DNA of 64,000 nucleotides from Balanoglossus misakiensis (GCA_040954595.2 CM082584.2:6452110-6516109), one strand, 5' to 3'. Counted from the first letter of the stretch, positions 38,301-53,284 are shown. Notes: generated by a model not told the origin, from the letters alone. Numbers and translations: made by a program.

Positions 38301-39133
38301 TGTTGTGTAATAAAATAAAATAGGAAATACTCGCATACAGAGGATGCGCCTAGCCTCATCACAATCATGAGCTCAAGGGTTGACACGCGCGCTTCACCAA
38401 CTTGTTGATCATCAAAATTTTGTTTTTTTTCCATTTTTGAAAATCAAAACATATTTACAGATTATGTATTGGATGATGTATACGTACACACATAGACCCT
38501 AGACCATATCTCTCTCTCCAGGGTCTATGGTACATACGCGTTTCCTTAGATCCCCGGGGGCTGTGACACGGGTAATTACAGAAGGAAAATCTTTTGTCTG
38601 CCTCGCTTGGTCTTATTTGATTTCATGATCAAACAAAGCTCATTTTACAGACAGACCCATCCCCATGCGTAATGTATACCGGCAAGCACTTTTTTGATTT
38701 TGTATATTTTGCAAAATCTGATATGTTATCCAACTTTTGTTTCTTTCCGTTTCATAACGCGAGATACAGCAGCTGCATGTAGTACGTATATTTGATTTTA
38801 AAAACTTTGACTTTCCACGCTTGTTCACAATATCTGCTGCGCGGCAGATGAGAATTCGCATGCAGAAAATATCTCCAGCGTCCCTCTGTGCCCAATTAAA
38901 GGAACACGTCGTTTCCAATTGTCGAACAAAGTTTAGAGTTCAAGTCTTATTTCCGAACAAACAGTCATTTGGGACACTTCTCGCGTCTGTTTTCATCAAC
39001 AGACTAGAGAGCCTGCATGTACATATTACTATTCTTCAAGTTCGTCAGAGAATCATGAACGCCTTTTTTCTGCACGTGGTGGATACATACATGTGAGGTT
39101 TGGCGAGAGGCGGCAAAACTGAATATACGATCC

Positions 39134-39307
<174 letters not shown>

Positions 39308-41733
39308 CACCCGACTACCCACGCTCTACCGTTCTCATCAACAAAATTCTTGCACGTCGAATATAAACAAGAATAGTTCACGCCCGTATAATGATCCTAA
39401 GTACGCAACTGAATGATTTAGACATCGTGTTGACAGCACTTTCGTACATACATGTAGGAACAGGCCTGCATAATTTATAAAGGCCAAGAGTCGATGCAGG
39501 TGCTGACGTTGCTCGCGGGGAAAAGTTTGCCAAGATAACTGCATGTCATCGGAAACATCCCGAAGGGGGTATTGGGGGAGGTCGTATAAGTTTTATGAGG
39601 GCGGTCCTTTCAGATTATTACGTATCCGAACGTGTTCCGGGGGTTTGATTCTAGTCTATGATATCGGTAAAGTTTATCAGTCATTTCATTTAAATGTCAA
39701 TCTTCCCCTTTGGGGAGACATTAAATACTCTAAGTAAAAGTTAACGAATGTGATGAGATATAGTCTTTCACTTGATAACATACGTATTCAGAATGTGGCT
39801 TTTCGACTTCGGACAGATTATCATGATTATACGCATTATTGTACAGGTCTGGTACACAGACGAAAACTTGGGTCTTATGATGAAGTATCTTGTCAAGTCC
39901 TGACCCTATGACATGATCCATATTTACCGTTTTCAAAGAATAGACAAGTAAAAGAAGTGGTAACAAATCATTTTGCGCAGAAACATTCGATCCTGAATTA
40001 TCAAAGCGTAAAATACTCAAACACTACTATACCACTCGATAATCCACACGGAGTAAAAAATGAATTTTAACTTCAGTGGAATTTGAGAACTCAAGCGACT
40101 GTGCTTTCGAGCTGGTGTTCCAGTGGAAAATCCAAGCGGATCGAAAATAGACCATGAACCATTTCCGTGATCGTTTTTTTAAAACTCCGATTAATAATAC
40201 ATGTAAGAAGGTCTTGCGGGATGCCGATCATATGCGTGGGTCGTTTACTGCACATCACGCAGACGATGCTTTCCTCATATTGTATAATACAAATCGAAGG
40301 ATTATTTTTTTGTCTGCCGATGATATTTTTATAGTAGGTTTTAATCTTGGCGCCAATGTAGGCTTATCTCTGCGGCAAGTTTTCATGTTTATATTTTCAG
40401 TGGTGCAGCTGTTTGATATCTAGGAGGAAGCGAATGGATTTATTAAAACGCGACGTGGATTTACACGCCAAATCTGGGACAAAATGTTATTGCACTGCAA
40501 AAGAAGGAGGCCAGAAATGCATTAATTCGCCAACTTTGATCGGCATCTTCAGAAATTCCCTGGAGGTATAGCGCCTCCGTCAGTATTTGTTGACGTTGAC
40601 ATTGACGTTTGACATTTTTGTATCATCTCAGTTTAATCCGTCCCACGTTGTAATATTGATTTCATAAAACGTATACGCATAGAACATGTTTATTTCACTG
40701 GTCTAGTTTTCATTTTTTTTTTATTTAACATATTTTCTTTTATGTTGATTTTTCCTCGTATGTGCCAGTCCATGGGTGAAGGGAGACAGTGTTGGCTGAG
40801 CACAAAATGCACAATCGCCATGAAAATTTGGGTTATGCCGCTCCACTAATACTGACGATTATTGTGTTTGTGGTTCATGATTTTCGCAAGAGTTTCAAGT
40901 TCCAGAAGATGCCTTACATCAATCACACCAAATATGCTTCATGGAAACAATTAGGAAAAAATCGTCGCCACAACGGGCCCAAAAGGTCATTTACGAAACT
41001 AAAGCTCTCTCAGATAGCAAGTAGGTTACTCCTTATTAGTGCCGCGGATATGAAAACCTGTTCGAGATGACGCAAAACGCTGTAAATCACCATCAATCAA
41101 CTTGGATGTTGCGCCCTCAGGGGACGGAGATGAGATCCGCGATCAAATTGTTCGCAAAATTTACACGATGCACGGTTCAGGAATGGAGAGTTGGAACCTA
41201 CTTTCAGTGGGTCAAGGTACATTTCTCTTCCGTTTACTTCAAGCCATCTGAGTCGTCTTCATATCCTCGCTAGATATTGGAGACAGACCATGTATTGCCG
41301 AGAATGGCCTAGAATTGGTTCGTAGCTCGACTGGTGTCTCTTTTAGTGGTTCTCCTCTACGCATAAGCTTATACATGTGCTGGTTTTGCGGTCAGTGATT
41401 TTTCTTACAATGTCAGAAAGCGCATGTACCGGCACAGGTGCCTTAACGTGAATAACAAGCCAACAAATAGCGGACAAGAACGAGCATAGGCCTAAAACAA
41501 ACAAGTAAAACTTACAAGATATATGCCCATACAGATACAAAGTAAGTCACATTTGAAAATAAATGATGTCAGAGACGACTATTAAAAAGAAAGTTGTCTG
41601 AATAGAGACTAAAAGACAGAATCGTTCCATAGTCACCACAGATAAGCTTTATGCGTTTTAATTGGTGAAACTGCCCCGGAGAGAAAAGGGATCTTACCTG
41701 CAACCCCTCCTTCCTCTGGCTATGTCAGTCAAT

Positions 41734-41797
41734 ATTCATTCATTCATTCATTCATTCATTCATTCATTCATTCATTCATTCATTCATTCATTCATTC

Positions 41798-41851
<54 letters not shown>
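41734..41851 (+). repeat. Compound microsatellite (ATTC)n(AATC)n
   Basis: Direct reading. Confidence 0.98.
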
Positions 41852-41999
41852 CCTTATATTGTACTTGACACACTAGCATAGTTTTTTGTTAGCTATGGTG
41901 CATCACGATACACAACAATTGAAAAGGAATCCTCTGATCTTTTATAATATACGGGTACAAAACCAGGTTTTTTGCCATTAAATCATAAGAAGTATTTTT

Positions 42000-42550
42000 T
42001 TCACGTGAATGCGTTGGCGCAGCGAGTGAACACGCTGTTTCATTTTTGTCCGCACGCATAGGGAGTCTTGAGACAGTTTGCTTAGTTAGCTTAGAAAGTC
42101 TTGCTCTGTAGTACACAGTATGTGTAGGCCTACTACTTACTAGTATGTCTGGGAATGCGGACCAAGTGTGCAGTCATCAAACCGACTTGTGAGAATGGGT
42201 GAACATTACGTTGGATATTATACGTGTATTTCTGGTAAGTGCATTCTGTCACGATCGACCATCGCAAGCTGCGGGTTTTAACTTTTATTACATGCTCTTG
42301 GCTGGGCTCGGGCTTTTTCAGCGTGTGTTGTATGTGTAGTGCGTTGTACTATATATAGAGAGTTTGGATTTGCAGCCTTATATATTATCGATCGGTGATT
42401 CAAATAGCGCGGCTGTCAGGCCGGCTATTCGGCATCTTAAGTTTGACAGTTCTATCCAGAAATGACATTTTAGACATCTGCAGTATGCAGTAGCTGTTAA
42501 AAATAATTTGTGTAGAAATTCGGTTAAGGTTAAAACGATCCTCAGGCTTA
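42000..42550 (+). promoter_or_regulatory. Putative promoter / first exon region of the right FGFR gene
   Basis: Mirror homolog of 25420-25990 (e.g. GCATAGGG..CTTGAGACAGTTTG and TTGTGAGAATGGGTGAA). TATATATAG at ~42350. Confidence 0.45.
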
Positions 42551-43444
42551 TGCTCAGGGATAGATTTTGAGAACAATGTGACGTGGGGAGTCTTTTTGAA
42601 AATATATAAGAAAACAGGTTGTACACCGTCTTGTCTTTTTAAAAAAGTCACTCCTTTATTTTTTCCTCAAAAGATATCAGTATTATAAAAGAGATAGGGG
42701 AGCAAATCTAGAAAGAGTTGCTAAGAGACGGGCGGCCATTTTGTAATCGTTCAATTTCCAAAATTTGCATGGTGCCCCGAAAGTTTTATTATCAATTTTA
42801 AGAATGACGAGTAAAACATGAGAAACGTTTTAGACTTTTATTGTGAATGGGCATACTGCGAACTTTAAATGTATAGACCTTCTTTTGGATAACAGAATAA
42901 GTTTTTGTTTACCCGGAATCCCAGCATGCTGTGCTGTACCTTTCCTTTGCTGTGCCTTTGTTCATTACACTTGCAATATACATGATATAGGTGTGACCAT
43001 GTCAATCACACATGTATAATTTTATGGTCCAAGTTGACAACTGCCATTTCAACCTCCCTCCAAATAATTTCAATTGTACCCTTAATCCTCCTTGCCGACG
43101 AAAATAAATATCCTGGATGAAACCATTTCTTGAGGTGGGGGGGGGGGGGGGGATTATACATTGCAATGTCTTTTTGTGTTGTGGTAATAGGTAATACCTG
43201 TGGTGGTGAATCCTACATATCTTCTTTCATTATATTGGATCTGCTATATGAAATTTCAGGATGCATTCAAACCAGCTGCTCCTCTGTTGTAGAGGAATTT
43301 TGTGTGATAATTAATATTTTCATGTTGGGTTTTCAACTTGGGTGTCAAAAGGTGACATCTTAGAATTCCCCTATCAGTTGCTGTCAAATTGAATTTGTCA
43401 TTCAAACATTCAAATGTAATGCCTCAGCATCAATTTTGTCTATA

Positions 43445-43640
43445 AATTTCTTGTGATGTCAGTTACCGTGGAGACTAGTTCCCATGGAGATATTCTAATT
43501 TATGTAAATTATAGCCATTTTGTTGATTTAAATGCAGCTGAGCATCTATGTTATTGTCTAATTTCTTGTGATGTCAGTTGCCATGGAGATATTTAAATGA
43601 ATAGTTCCCATGGAGATATTCAAATTTATGTAAATTATAC
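43445..43640 (+). repeat. Imperfect direct repeat (2 x ~70-80 bp) containing four X-box-like motifs
   Basis: AATTTCTTGTGATGTCAGTTRCC...GTTCCCATGGAGATATTC.AATTTATGTAAATTATA occurs at 43445 and 43560. Confidence 0.9.
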
Positions 43641-44385
43641 TCAGTACTGAGTAGTATAACAATTGATCATGATCATGGAAGGTTCTAAATGAGTTTTTAA
43701 AACATTTTTTAATAAATGCATTAGAGGAGAATACTTTATCACTAGCCAAAGTTCTCACTGCATCAGCAAAAATTACTTTTTTACAGAGACAGCATGACAG
43801 CACAGCGCATAATCCAGGAATAGCAGCCAATTGTAATATGTCATATTTTGAAAAAATCAGTTTGATATATTTTGACAGGGTCAACTCCTATGTTCAATGA
43901 GGCATGATTGGCTAAAAGTGTGTAAACAGCTGGAGTTGGTGCAGTGTTATATAGGCCTTGATATGCTGTTTTTTCAGCAGCTCATTTGACACGTGACAGT
44001 CAATGACGTGTTGAGTGACAACTTGACATTTAGCAAGTTTAACGTTAAGTCAACCGCGATTTGGCAATTAGTCTCCATGATGTTTTCCGCCGCATTTCTG
44101 ACGTCTTGTGAGGATGCGTCATATGTCACCACACTTGAAGTTAACGACGTCAGGTTTCGTATTATACTGTAGTGGCTTCTTGAAATATATTTTCTTGGGT
44201 TTTAAGGAGAATTAAGAAGAGGGACAGACGAGCTTCCTAGAAACTTTTTGTCTGCTACAAACCACTCTTACTGTTCTGTTCTTTGTTTCTTTCCAAATTA
44301 CGCCTCAAAGTACTTGTGCACCAAATCAGTTGATTTTTTCAGTTGTATAGTTTGAAGGTGTACTTTGTTAAAGGGGTGAACTTAA

Positions 44386-44562
44386 AGGTATACGGTCACC
44401 TATACAAATTTAGCCACAGTTACCATGGTAAATTGTGATCTAACCAATCACAGATTTTCAGTGGGTGGCACACGCGAAAATAAAGTGTTCTTTAGAACAC
44501 TCAAATACGCCATTTCAACTATATAATATGGCCATATGTAAATTGGAGGTGACTGTATACCT
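44386..44562. mobile_element. MITE, TTAA TSD (Kolobok-like)
   Basis: TTAA-AGGTATACGGTCACCT ... AGGTGACTGTATACCT-TTAA. Confidence 0.85.
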
Positions 44563-44635
44563 TTAACATTACAGCCTTGCTCCCTCACACGGCTGTGTGT
44601 GTAACTCGATCTATCCAAGAAACGTTTCATCAATA

Positions 44636-44880
44636 TTGAAATGGGACAGATGTGAGAGGTAGATTTAAAGAGATCAATTACTTATTCATCCCCGCACTGT
44701 GAAAGATGGCTGTGAGTAATAAAAGTGTGAAGAAGTTTAAGCTGTTGATTGTAAACTACTTAAAGGTGCATCATGACCTCCAATCAATCGCAATGGTCTG
44801 GATTTACAGTCTGTTTGCTCCTGAGGAAAACGGTTGTTCAGGGCAGCACTAGAAATTACGCTCCTGGTCAGTATGTGTTC
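44636..44880. promoter_or_regulatory. Right-arm copy of conserved block 4
   Basis: 241/245 identical to the reverse complement of 19811-20055. Confidence 0.7.
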
Positions 44881-47800
44881 TTGTATAGCTGTATATTCAG
44901 TTACTGTTCATGATTGATCAAGGAATGCTTTTAGCTGCAATCTTCAATGTCATACGAAGGTATACTGGTAGTTGTGAGAAATCGGGACATCCTTATTTAA
45001 TGACTCAGATATGATATGTGTACAGTTCAGGAGAAATTTTGCCAGATTGCAGGAACAATTGGAGGTTACACATAACAAATGTAAAACACACACACATTGC
45101 AGCTTCCCCTAATAAATCAATGCTACTGTGATGTATTCCCAAGTGGTCTTAGTCAATGACAATTTATTGAACTCCGTAAAAACCAGTCTGGTTTGTAGAT
45201 GCTAAACAAACACCAGTGTGTCTCTTTAATATTTTATTTAGTCCAATCTCAATCGGATAAGTGGGGGAATGAAAGTTTGTCTAAAGCCGGCAACTAGAGC
45301 AGAAATCAAAATCAAGCCAGATCGTGGGTTAGCATTGACTGTAATCCAATTTGTGACAGTGTCATGTTTGCTGTTAATTTAGGCAACTTGAAAGCACGTC
45401 TTTCACTAGAGAAAAAACTGTCAGGTTAATTTCACCGTTTACGACTTTGTTTTATCTGTCTCAATGGCAGTACACAGAAAAGGTTGCAAGGTTACAGTGT
45501 ATTAATGTCCCAGTCTCTATCAAATGTTGAACGTACGTGATGACCAATTCTGCTGCCAAAACGTGGCAACAATACTGACCTGTGAAAACAGATTTTCTTT
45601 TCAAGTGGCTATACAGGAAAAAATGAAGCCACTATAAACTAGGGGGTTAATGCTGGAAGTGTTCACTACAGTATCCCCCTTAGGACACTGGAAAAAAATA
45701 CATATGTTGTACCTGATAATTAAAATCCAGGCACTGAGGCCATGCTAGTGTTTACCTCATTTCACAGTTGCAAAGCAAATTTCCAATAATACTGAGCTTT
45801 TACACCTTTACCCTAGACATTCCCTGGTCGATACCCAGCCAGTGAAAATCAAATAATCTCTTTTGCACTGTTTGTCTGCATGCCAAAATTGCAATGGCTG
45901 TGAATTGACCCCAGCAATTAAATACTTCTGCCCAGGTCATAATTTTATTTCCTGTTTGATGATATAATAACGTTTATATTAAATATTCAGATCTGTAAAT
46001 TGTATTGTGGCCAGAGTGACCAACATTAGTGTAATAGGCCATTCTCTTTTCTCTTTGTCTTATAAAAGTTACAGGTTTTTCTGGTCCAACAAGGCATTAC
46101 AATGGTGAAAAGTTTGGAAAATCATCATTTCACCGATGGATGTTTTGAACCCTATTTCTACTGAATTCTATAGAAATGACAAAATCTATAGAATGCTATT
46201 GAATTCTATAGAACATTATTTTCTATTACAGAAATATTTAGTCATAAAAATCTCTGGTCTAAGTTAAAGCTGGTAAAGAAGGTGTGACTTTACAGATCTA
46301 ATGCGCCTTTACATATCTCAGGCTAGATGGTGTGAAAACCAGGTCTGGTTCATTAGGTTACTGCCTTGACATATTAACGACAGCTGCCAGACAGATATTG
46401 GTATGCTACATGTGTTAGAATGGTGCTAAGTGTTACTTACAGGGCGATATTTATGCCCCAGCTATACTGGTCATCTTTTATCAGATACATGAAAGCACAT
46501 GATTGTAGTAACCAGTGGGAATAAAATTTTCATTAAGGGTCACCTTAGATAATATACATTTGTTTTGTGAATTATTAAAAAACTTCTTTGAATCATTTTG
46601 AGTGCGATCAAATATGTAATCTATGCAAAAGAATGCTGACGCTCACAAGCTTAACGAACAAAAAGAAGTATAAAATGAATGTTTTGTACTATAAATATCG
46701 CCATGGTTACTAACGATTTTAGCTGGAGGGCATGAAGCTATAAAACCATATAAAAAGAATCCACTCTCTCGATCATTATAAAAAGGAGCGTGGCATGTAG
46801 GAGTTTTATTTGTGTTCCCAAGTGCGTTTTTCCTGAAATCTAGTTTGCTCATATCATTGAAGGTGCTGCAAATGGAGGAAAAATGGATTTAATTTTCCAT
46901 GACGTAAATATACATTATGATTATGATCACTGTACACATACAAGACTTTACAAGTATATTGTAAGGACATTGTGCAGACTTTTCATTATGAACTCTTTGC
47001 CAGTTCTTTCTGGAGTAAATGGAGTGTCCTCTTTCAAGATTGCTCCGATCAATTGTCGAAGGTTAATTGCCTTCAAAAGAAATTTAATTGTGCTGCACTT
47101 GTTGAAATTAATTTAATCGTTAGTAGCAATTAGACTTCGTTGAGTAGTACACATCCAGATGGTCCCCTCAATAGTTCAGCATTTTACTCACGTGACTTCT
47201 TTTTTTCATTTTGCCCAGTTTACGTAAAAGAACGAGTGAGATATTAGTATTACATGTATTACAATTTTCAGATACTGTAAGATGAGAGGGAAAACTGCTG
47301 GATACATGCATGTAAAACAAACAAGTGAGCTTATAAAATTCATGGACAGTTGAGTGTGCGAAGTGAAAGTTTGTGCGTGCATATCACTACGACATACTGG
47401 TTTTGTATGGTTATGCCGCGTATGGGTAATGTGCTTGTACCGGTAAAGGATGTAATTGTCTTGTCAATTCTTTTTGTATTCAGGCACCATTACCCAGGAT
47501 CGTAAGTAGGGGATATATTGTCACATGCTTTTCACGACCCAGTGAATTTGTAAAGGGAGCTTTGTCCGGATTAACGTATTATTAGCATCCCGGATCATGT
47601 GACCATGCGAGAGCCGGCACCCTGGACTGTGTGCGACATGCTGCCTGCATAGACCGCAAAAATCTCTTTATCTATAAGGTAGGACTCTATGATAATGTGT
47701 ACGTATTTGTGTGTGTGTGCATACATGTGTACATGTGAGTGTGGGTGCATGGGCGATTGAATTGTTTTATTTCAGACAGAAATACCTGCATGTTTAATTG

Positions 47801-48154
47801 TTAGGGTTATATCGTCAGCTTCTCAATCTATAGTGTGCCGTAGATTGCTGGAAACTTTGTTGAAAAAAGCAACACGTGAACTAGAACAGCTGTTGGCAGT
47901 GCGGTCAAGTTACTCAATATCTTTTGTCAGTTAATTTGTTATAGCTATGCTGCATGGGATTTAAAACTGCCTTGTGGTTACTGCTGAGTGAAAGAACTCT
48001 AAATGAGATGAACACGTACATTGAGCAGTACATGCAGGCTGTTTTCGATCTGTGCATATTCGTGCAGTGTGATTTAAAACTGAAAAATTTTCCCTCTTGT
48101 GAGTGGTAGGTTCGGAAGACCAATTACGAAGGATTTGATTACGTGGAGAAATTG

Positions 48155-48549
48155 GGAAAAATGGATAATGTCAAAGGTAATGAAATAGAACACCGAGTAG
48201 ATCAGAATAAATGCCTTGACGTAGGTGTACCGGTATTGCATGCCGATGTTAGGATGGTTTGTAATTATCGCCATGGTAATAAGCGACGCAGAGGATATTA
48301 TGGAGATAAATAGGTGCTGATTACAAGGTGTATCTGAAGTCATTGCATAAAAATTATGAGATGAAATCGCGGTGGACATTCGTTTGGCGACAGGGTGATC
48401 ATGTAAATTGGAAGAGGAGGTTAATGTACGTTAATGATGCGAGTACGGCTTGTCAAAAACGGCCAGGAAACTATTGTTGGCTATTCATGTCATGAATCTG
48501 TCAATGGATGCTATAGACCAGTTCTTCCGGTGAAGCGACTGTGATACTG
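48155..48549. promoter_or_regulatory. Right-arm copy of conserved block 3
   Basis: Reverse-complement match to 9092-9480. Confidence 0.7.
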
Positions 48550-49962
48550 TCATTCTCATCTGTTCATGATCATACCGTATATCTTCGTATTTCAAGAAAA
48601 TCAAGAATTCAGTTAAAACTTTCAATTCTGATTCCCTCAAACTTCAAAGCCTATACACAGATGCTATTGGCTAAACTGTGGGCAAGCTAGGCTGCCACGC
48701 TGGTTTATAAAGCCAGATGACCAGTCTGCCATGACTTGGTTGAGGTTCAGGGCCCAACTGGGTGACAGCTCTGGGCTATCATCAACCAAAGGCAATTATG
48801 CAGCCCCAAGGCTAAAGAAAAATTTAACACCTCATAGTTTTTTACATCCTATTAGCATATAAATACTAAAATCACAGGCTACTCTAGACTGCCAGGTTAT
48901 ACGATACATGAACAGATTAACCAAGAGTTAGCTAGCACTGGGCCAACCCATTGTTAGCCCGGTAGTATTGGCAACTCGGAAACTTGAAGCTCTTGATCTA
49001 TGCTGTGTGTGATGTGTACCGTGTATGTAGCAGCTGATGGCCACAAGGGACCAGGAATAAGCCCAGATATCAGCTTGAATTGAATTACCAATCACATGTT
49101 ATTACAGAGTTAAACACGTACATGTACATGTAGATGTCACATGTGTATTGTAGATTACATTTTGCTTGCTGATTTTTAACAACTGTCTGTATCCCCTGGA
49201 TCTGTCATGAAGCAAACACGTGCAAATGCAAGATTGGCAATCCTCTATTCAGAAATTACTATAATCACAAAATCCAGGTATCAGAAAAATATGGGTATAT
49301 AGGGATGCCTGGGGTGGCGTTCTCATAAAACAAAGTTCTATTTGCTTTCCTCTTTTAGTTATAATCTCAGTTCCAATAGAAGTCTTTACATTGTGTAATG
49401 TACTTTCATAGGGACAAAGATGAAACTAATCTTGCATGTAAAAATTTTTTATTTATACTTTTAAAAATATTGACCAGTGTGATTGGAACGTTTTGTATTT
49501 CTGGTTAAAAGTAAGTACCATAAACTGTAGCTTACCGTAAATGACTGATGTCATCTGGGATCATTTTGAAAGTGTTTTTATGTTATTACATGTGCTCATG
49601 CAGTTAAACAAGATTCCTTTCCTCGCAAACAATGCTGTTAAAATTGTGACCCATCTTAATTGTTTTAAGAGTTTCCCTAGCACTACTCGAGAAATAATTT
49701 CATCTTAATGCGGAAAATATTATATTCACATCAATAATTTATCTACGCCTTTAAAAATGTTCAATCACCTGTGATAACTGGATGAGGGACATAAAACAAG
49801 CGATACAGGTCACGGGTTGCGTGAAATATTCAAGAAAGAAAATTGCTTCAATGAAGTGAGTGAATTTTAAATCAAAGCCGTGAAAAGTTATGGGAGGCTG
49901 GGTGTTGTGGCTTTTACGATCTGTGCATGGCATACTAGCAATTGCGTTTCTATGAATATTAA

Positions 49963-50310
49963 AGGGACAAAGTCTCTCTCTCGCTGCCCTTTTTTCCATT
50001 AATTATATTTGATACAAGACACTGTTTGTTATTCTACATGTGGATATATAGCGAATGAACGTTCAACCACACACAACTTCCATCCCTCTTATAGACAGGA
50101 GAGTGAAAAAACTCGCCAAAATGAATAATCGTTCTTTACCATTTATTCATTTTGGGCGAGTTTTTACTCTCATATCATACAAGTGGGATGGAAGTTTTGT
50201 GTGGTCAAACGTTGATTCACTATATATCCACATGTACATTAACATAAACGGTGTCTTGTATCAAACATAATTAATGGAAAAAAGGGCAGCGAGAGAGAGA
50301 CTTTGTCCCT
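49963..50310. mobile_element. AGGGACAAAG MITE (TTAA TSD), copy 2
   Basis: TTAA at 49959-49962 and 50311-50314. Same-orientation, near-identical match to 3755-4106. Confidence 0.9.
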
Positions 50311-52702
50311 TTAATGACTGTAAGCTTTGGCTATGTTGAGAAGGGTACATAAACATCAGATAACAAATTATCATATCGAGGAACAGCATTTTAAAATCAT
50401 AGCATTTGCAGCATCACTCTTGACAATATATCACTCATTTTCCTGCTGACATGTATCCACACGTGCTGTTATCAATACTTTATGTGACGAATACCTTCCG
50501 TGACTCCTCTGTCTCATCAATAATGAGAGAGATGTTCCCGCCAGCCATCACTGTTGCATAAACATTCATTTTTTATAGCAGGTCTCAGCGCAAAACTGTC
50601 CACAATCTGTGCCCAAAAGGCGATCATCATGTTGGGGAAACCCATCCCTGATCAAACAGGATTAAATTGTTATTTCCCAGGCCGTAGTCGCATGTAACGA
50701 CGCCAGATGATGCCCAAATACGATGCAATAAAAACTGACGTTTTCATAGGATTCGCACCGTGCCCTATAACAGCTTCCAAAATGATGCATTTCAGGATAA
50801 TTTACGGGACCCAAACAGAACGGTGATGTAACTTTAGCTCTGTATGGTTTTGGTCTCCCGTGCCAACAAGTAATGTTTGTTCAATGGTATCAGGGCACTT
50901 GCCTTGATCCAGCTAGGATTTTTCAATTCCGATATGAATCCCTAGCGACTACGTCCAAGACATTTTCACAGTGCTCTTAAGTTGATACAGAAGGATTCTG
51001 TGGTTTGTTGGTTGCTGTTGCCAGCCATTAATTTCCATACGCATACCGCTGCATGTGCAAAAGCTCACCAGTCCAATGATTTTCTGTGGATTTCCCACTC
51101 CTTGTATTAAATTATTATTTTGACAATTTTCCTTAACCTCTCACATCTTGCAATTTCCAACTCATTGTCAAATTTAGGGTAGAATAATACAAATCACTGA
51201 GCATGCAGGAGAACTTTGAGACAAGTGTACGTGTGTTCCTCAGTGAAACTTATCATTTTGAGTATTCTCCTTAGCAACTGTTGCCTAGCAATTTTCATCT
51301 TTCAGGATCACCTGAAACACTTATTGTGTCACATTGAATGACCTGATATGACCCCTGTATGACCTCTTACATTTTGGCGGCACAGGCCCATTTTACATTG
51401 TCTTTGTTTGAGTCCACCTGCACCAGTCAACCAAAAACTTTGAAGTTAATCATGCTATCGAACTTTTAAACTAAAACCTGCCACTCAACATCAACCATAG
51501 AACAAAAGTTGCCTTTAATCGTGGCTGCTAACTCAAGCTGTTAAAATACCTGGAGGTTTCCTTGAGTAACTGTGAACATACCGGTATGGATGAATACGCA
51601 AGAATGAGAACTTATACAGTAGACCTATAATTCTCTCTCTATAAGCCAACCCTCGCGCAATATGCCTTGAATGCACATGGAAGCTGTCAAAGTTCTGTTT
51701 GCATCCGTGGCAACTAATATTCCCATGAAATGAGCATTATGATTTTATTGATGTGTTATGATGATGTGCTGAGGTTCTTTATTCTGCGTCATGAGAATCC
51801 AACGAGCACGCGGATCCAACTGTGGTGGAGACCGTTGCCATGGTGATTGCAGAGATCACCAAGGAGGAATATAGGTATACCGTATGTCAAACTCCTTCTG
51901 GTGTGCATGTAATATCCAGTCTCGTACCATCGCTACATTAGATAGAAAAAGTTGTACCTGCAGTGTATGGGTGAGCGTTATATCTTTTGTGTCGTAGAGT
52001 GGATCTTAACCGTTGCAACTTTATTCAATGATGTTCCTCGAGAAGGCAAAACCATGTGCCGGTACTAATTATCTTACAGTTGTGATCTGAATCCTAAGTT
52101 TTAAGGAAGCTTAGGCCCGCCCTGGCTATCTCTCTCTCTCAGTGTAATGATTATCACGGAACGAAATTTCTTGAGGGAATTTTCCTCTCTGTTGCGGTCC
52201 ACTGGTCCATGGCGTATTGTTACTAAAAACTTCAAATGGGACTGTGTTGCGATTCACTGCACGTATTCTCCGACCCCCTATTCTCCTAGCGCCACGCTTG
52301 CGTGCATTTGAATGTATGAACAGTTACTTTTGATAGAAAATAGCAACATTTAACGAAAGAGGTGGCATGTAATTTATTTCCGCCTATTGTCAGGTCGGGC
52401 CCTAACAATATCCCTCTTGAAATATAGGTGTCGTGAATAGCCCACCTTGTTATGCAAATTGGTGTAAATTTAGAAAAAGTTGGGGGTTAGCGTTACATGA
52501 TACAGGTGACCGAACATATCATTGTAGAGCTGGTACCATCAGCATCGCATGTGGAAGGTTGCATGCATGCAACTGGTCTGGAAATTAGTATTTGAGAATC
52601 CAGCGGACTGACAACATCGGGATTTTATACTTGGAAGCAAACATCTGTTTTCTGCGGAGACACGGGTAAATGCAGTTAGCTTGTTTTCTGTTGCTTGGAA
52701 TA

Positions 52703-52915
52703 CTGTAAAACACTTTATTTCCGCGAGTTGAAATTTTCGCGATACAGAGAGAGGCCACTGTTTCGCGAGTATTAATTTTCTCAGTCTGTTATTTCATTCA
52801 CTGCATCGGGATTGTTATCTTCAAAAAAATTTACACGACCTTTTATTTTCACGTTATTTTGGCTCTCGCGTATTTCACGAAAATGTGTTGCTCGCGAAAA
52901 TAAAGTGTTTTACAG
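52703..52915. mobile_element. CTGTAAAAC MITE (TA TSD)
   Basis: TIRs and flanking TA; homologous to 17132-17336. Confidence 0.9.
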
Positions 52916-52989
52916 TACGCAATTGTCAGGAGACGAGGTATAATGATATCTCCGAGTGGAGTATTGTTCGTGACGTTTCTCCCATACGT

Positions 52990-53284
52990 GCTGCACTATC
53001 ACTGTGAAGTTGTGTGTGCACTGATGAGTGTTGGGGAATAATGATCCCCAGAGTTTTGTTATTCACGCGACCGACCGAGGCTTCTCTCAGTTTAATCCAG
53101 GTGGAAAAAAACACCTTGTTGAGACATCAGTCATGCTGACTTCCTGTGATTGGGAAGGAAACCTAAAAAGGTTGTTTATCCGTTTGTCAAGTCATTTTCA
53201 GCCGTTTGACCTGACGAACAGGCAACAATCGGATTTGGTCATCCATCTGTACCAGTTGCCACGGAAACTCTATAGTCAGGAGTG
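52990..53284. promoter_or_regulatory. Right-arm copy of conserved block 2
   Basis: Reverse-complement match to 6491-6785. Confidence 0.7.

Noticed and set aside
43900-44000. TATA-like TTATATAGG as the right-gene promoter
   Set aside because: This region mirrors left intron-like sequence (20440-20640); the promoter homology maps to ~42000-42500.
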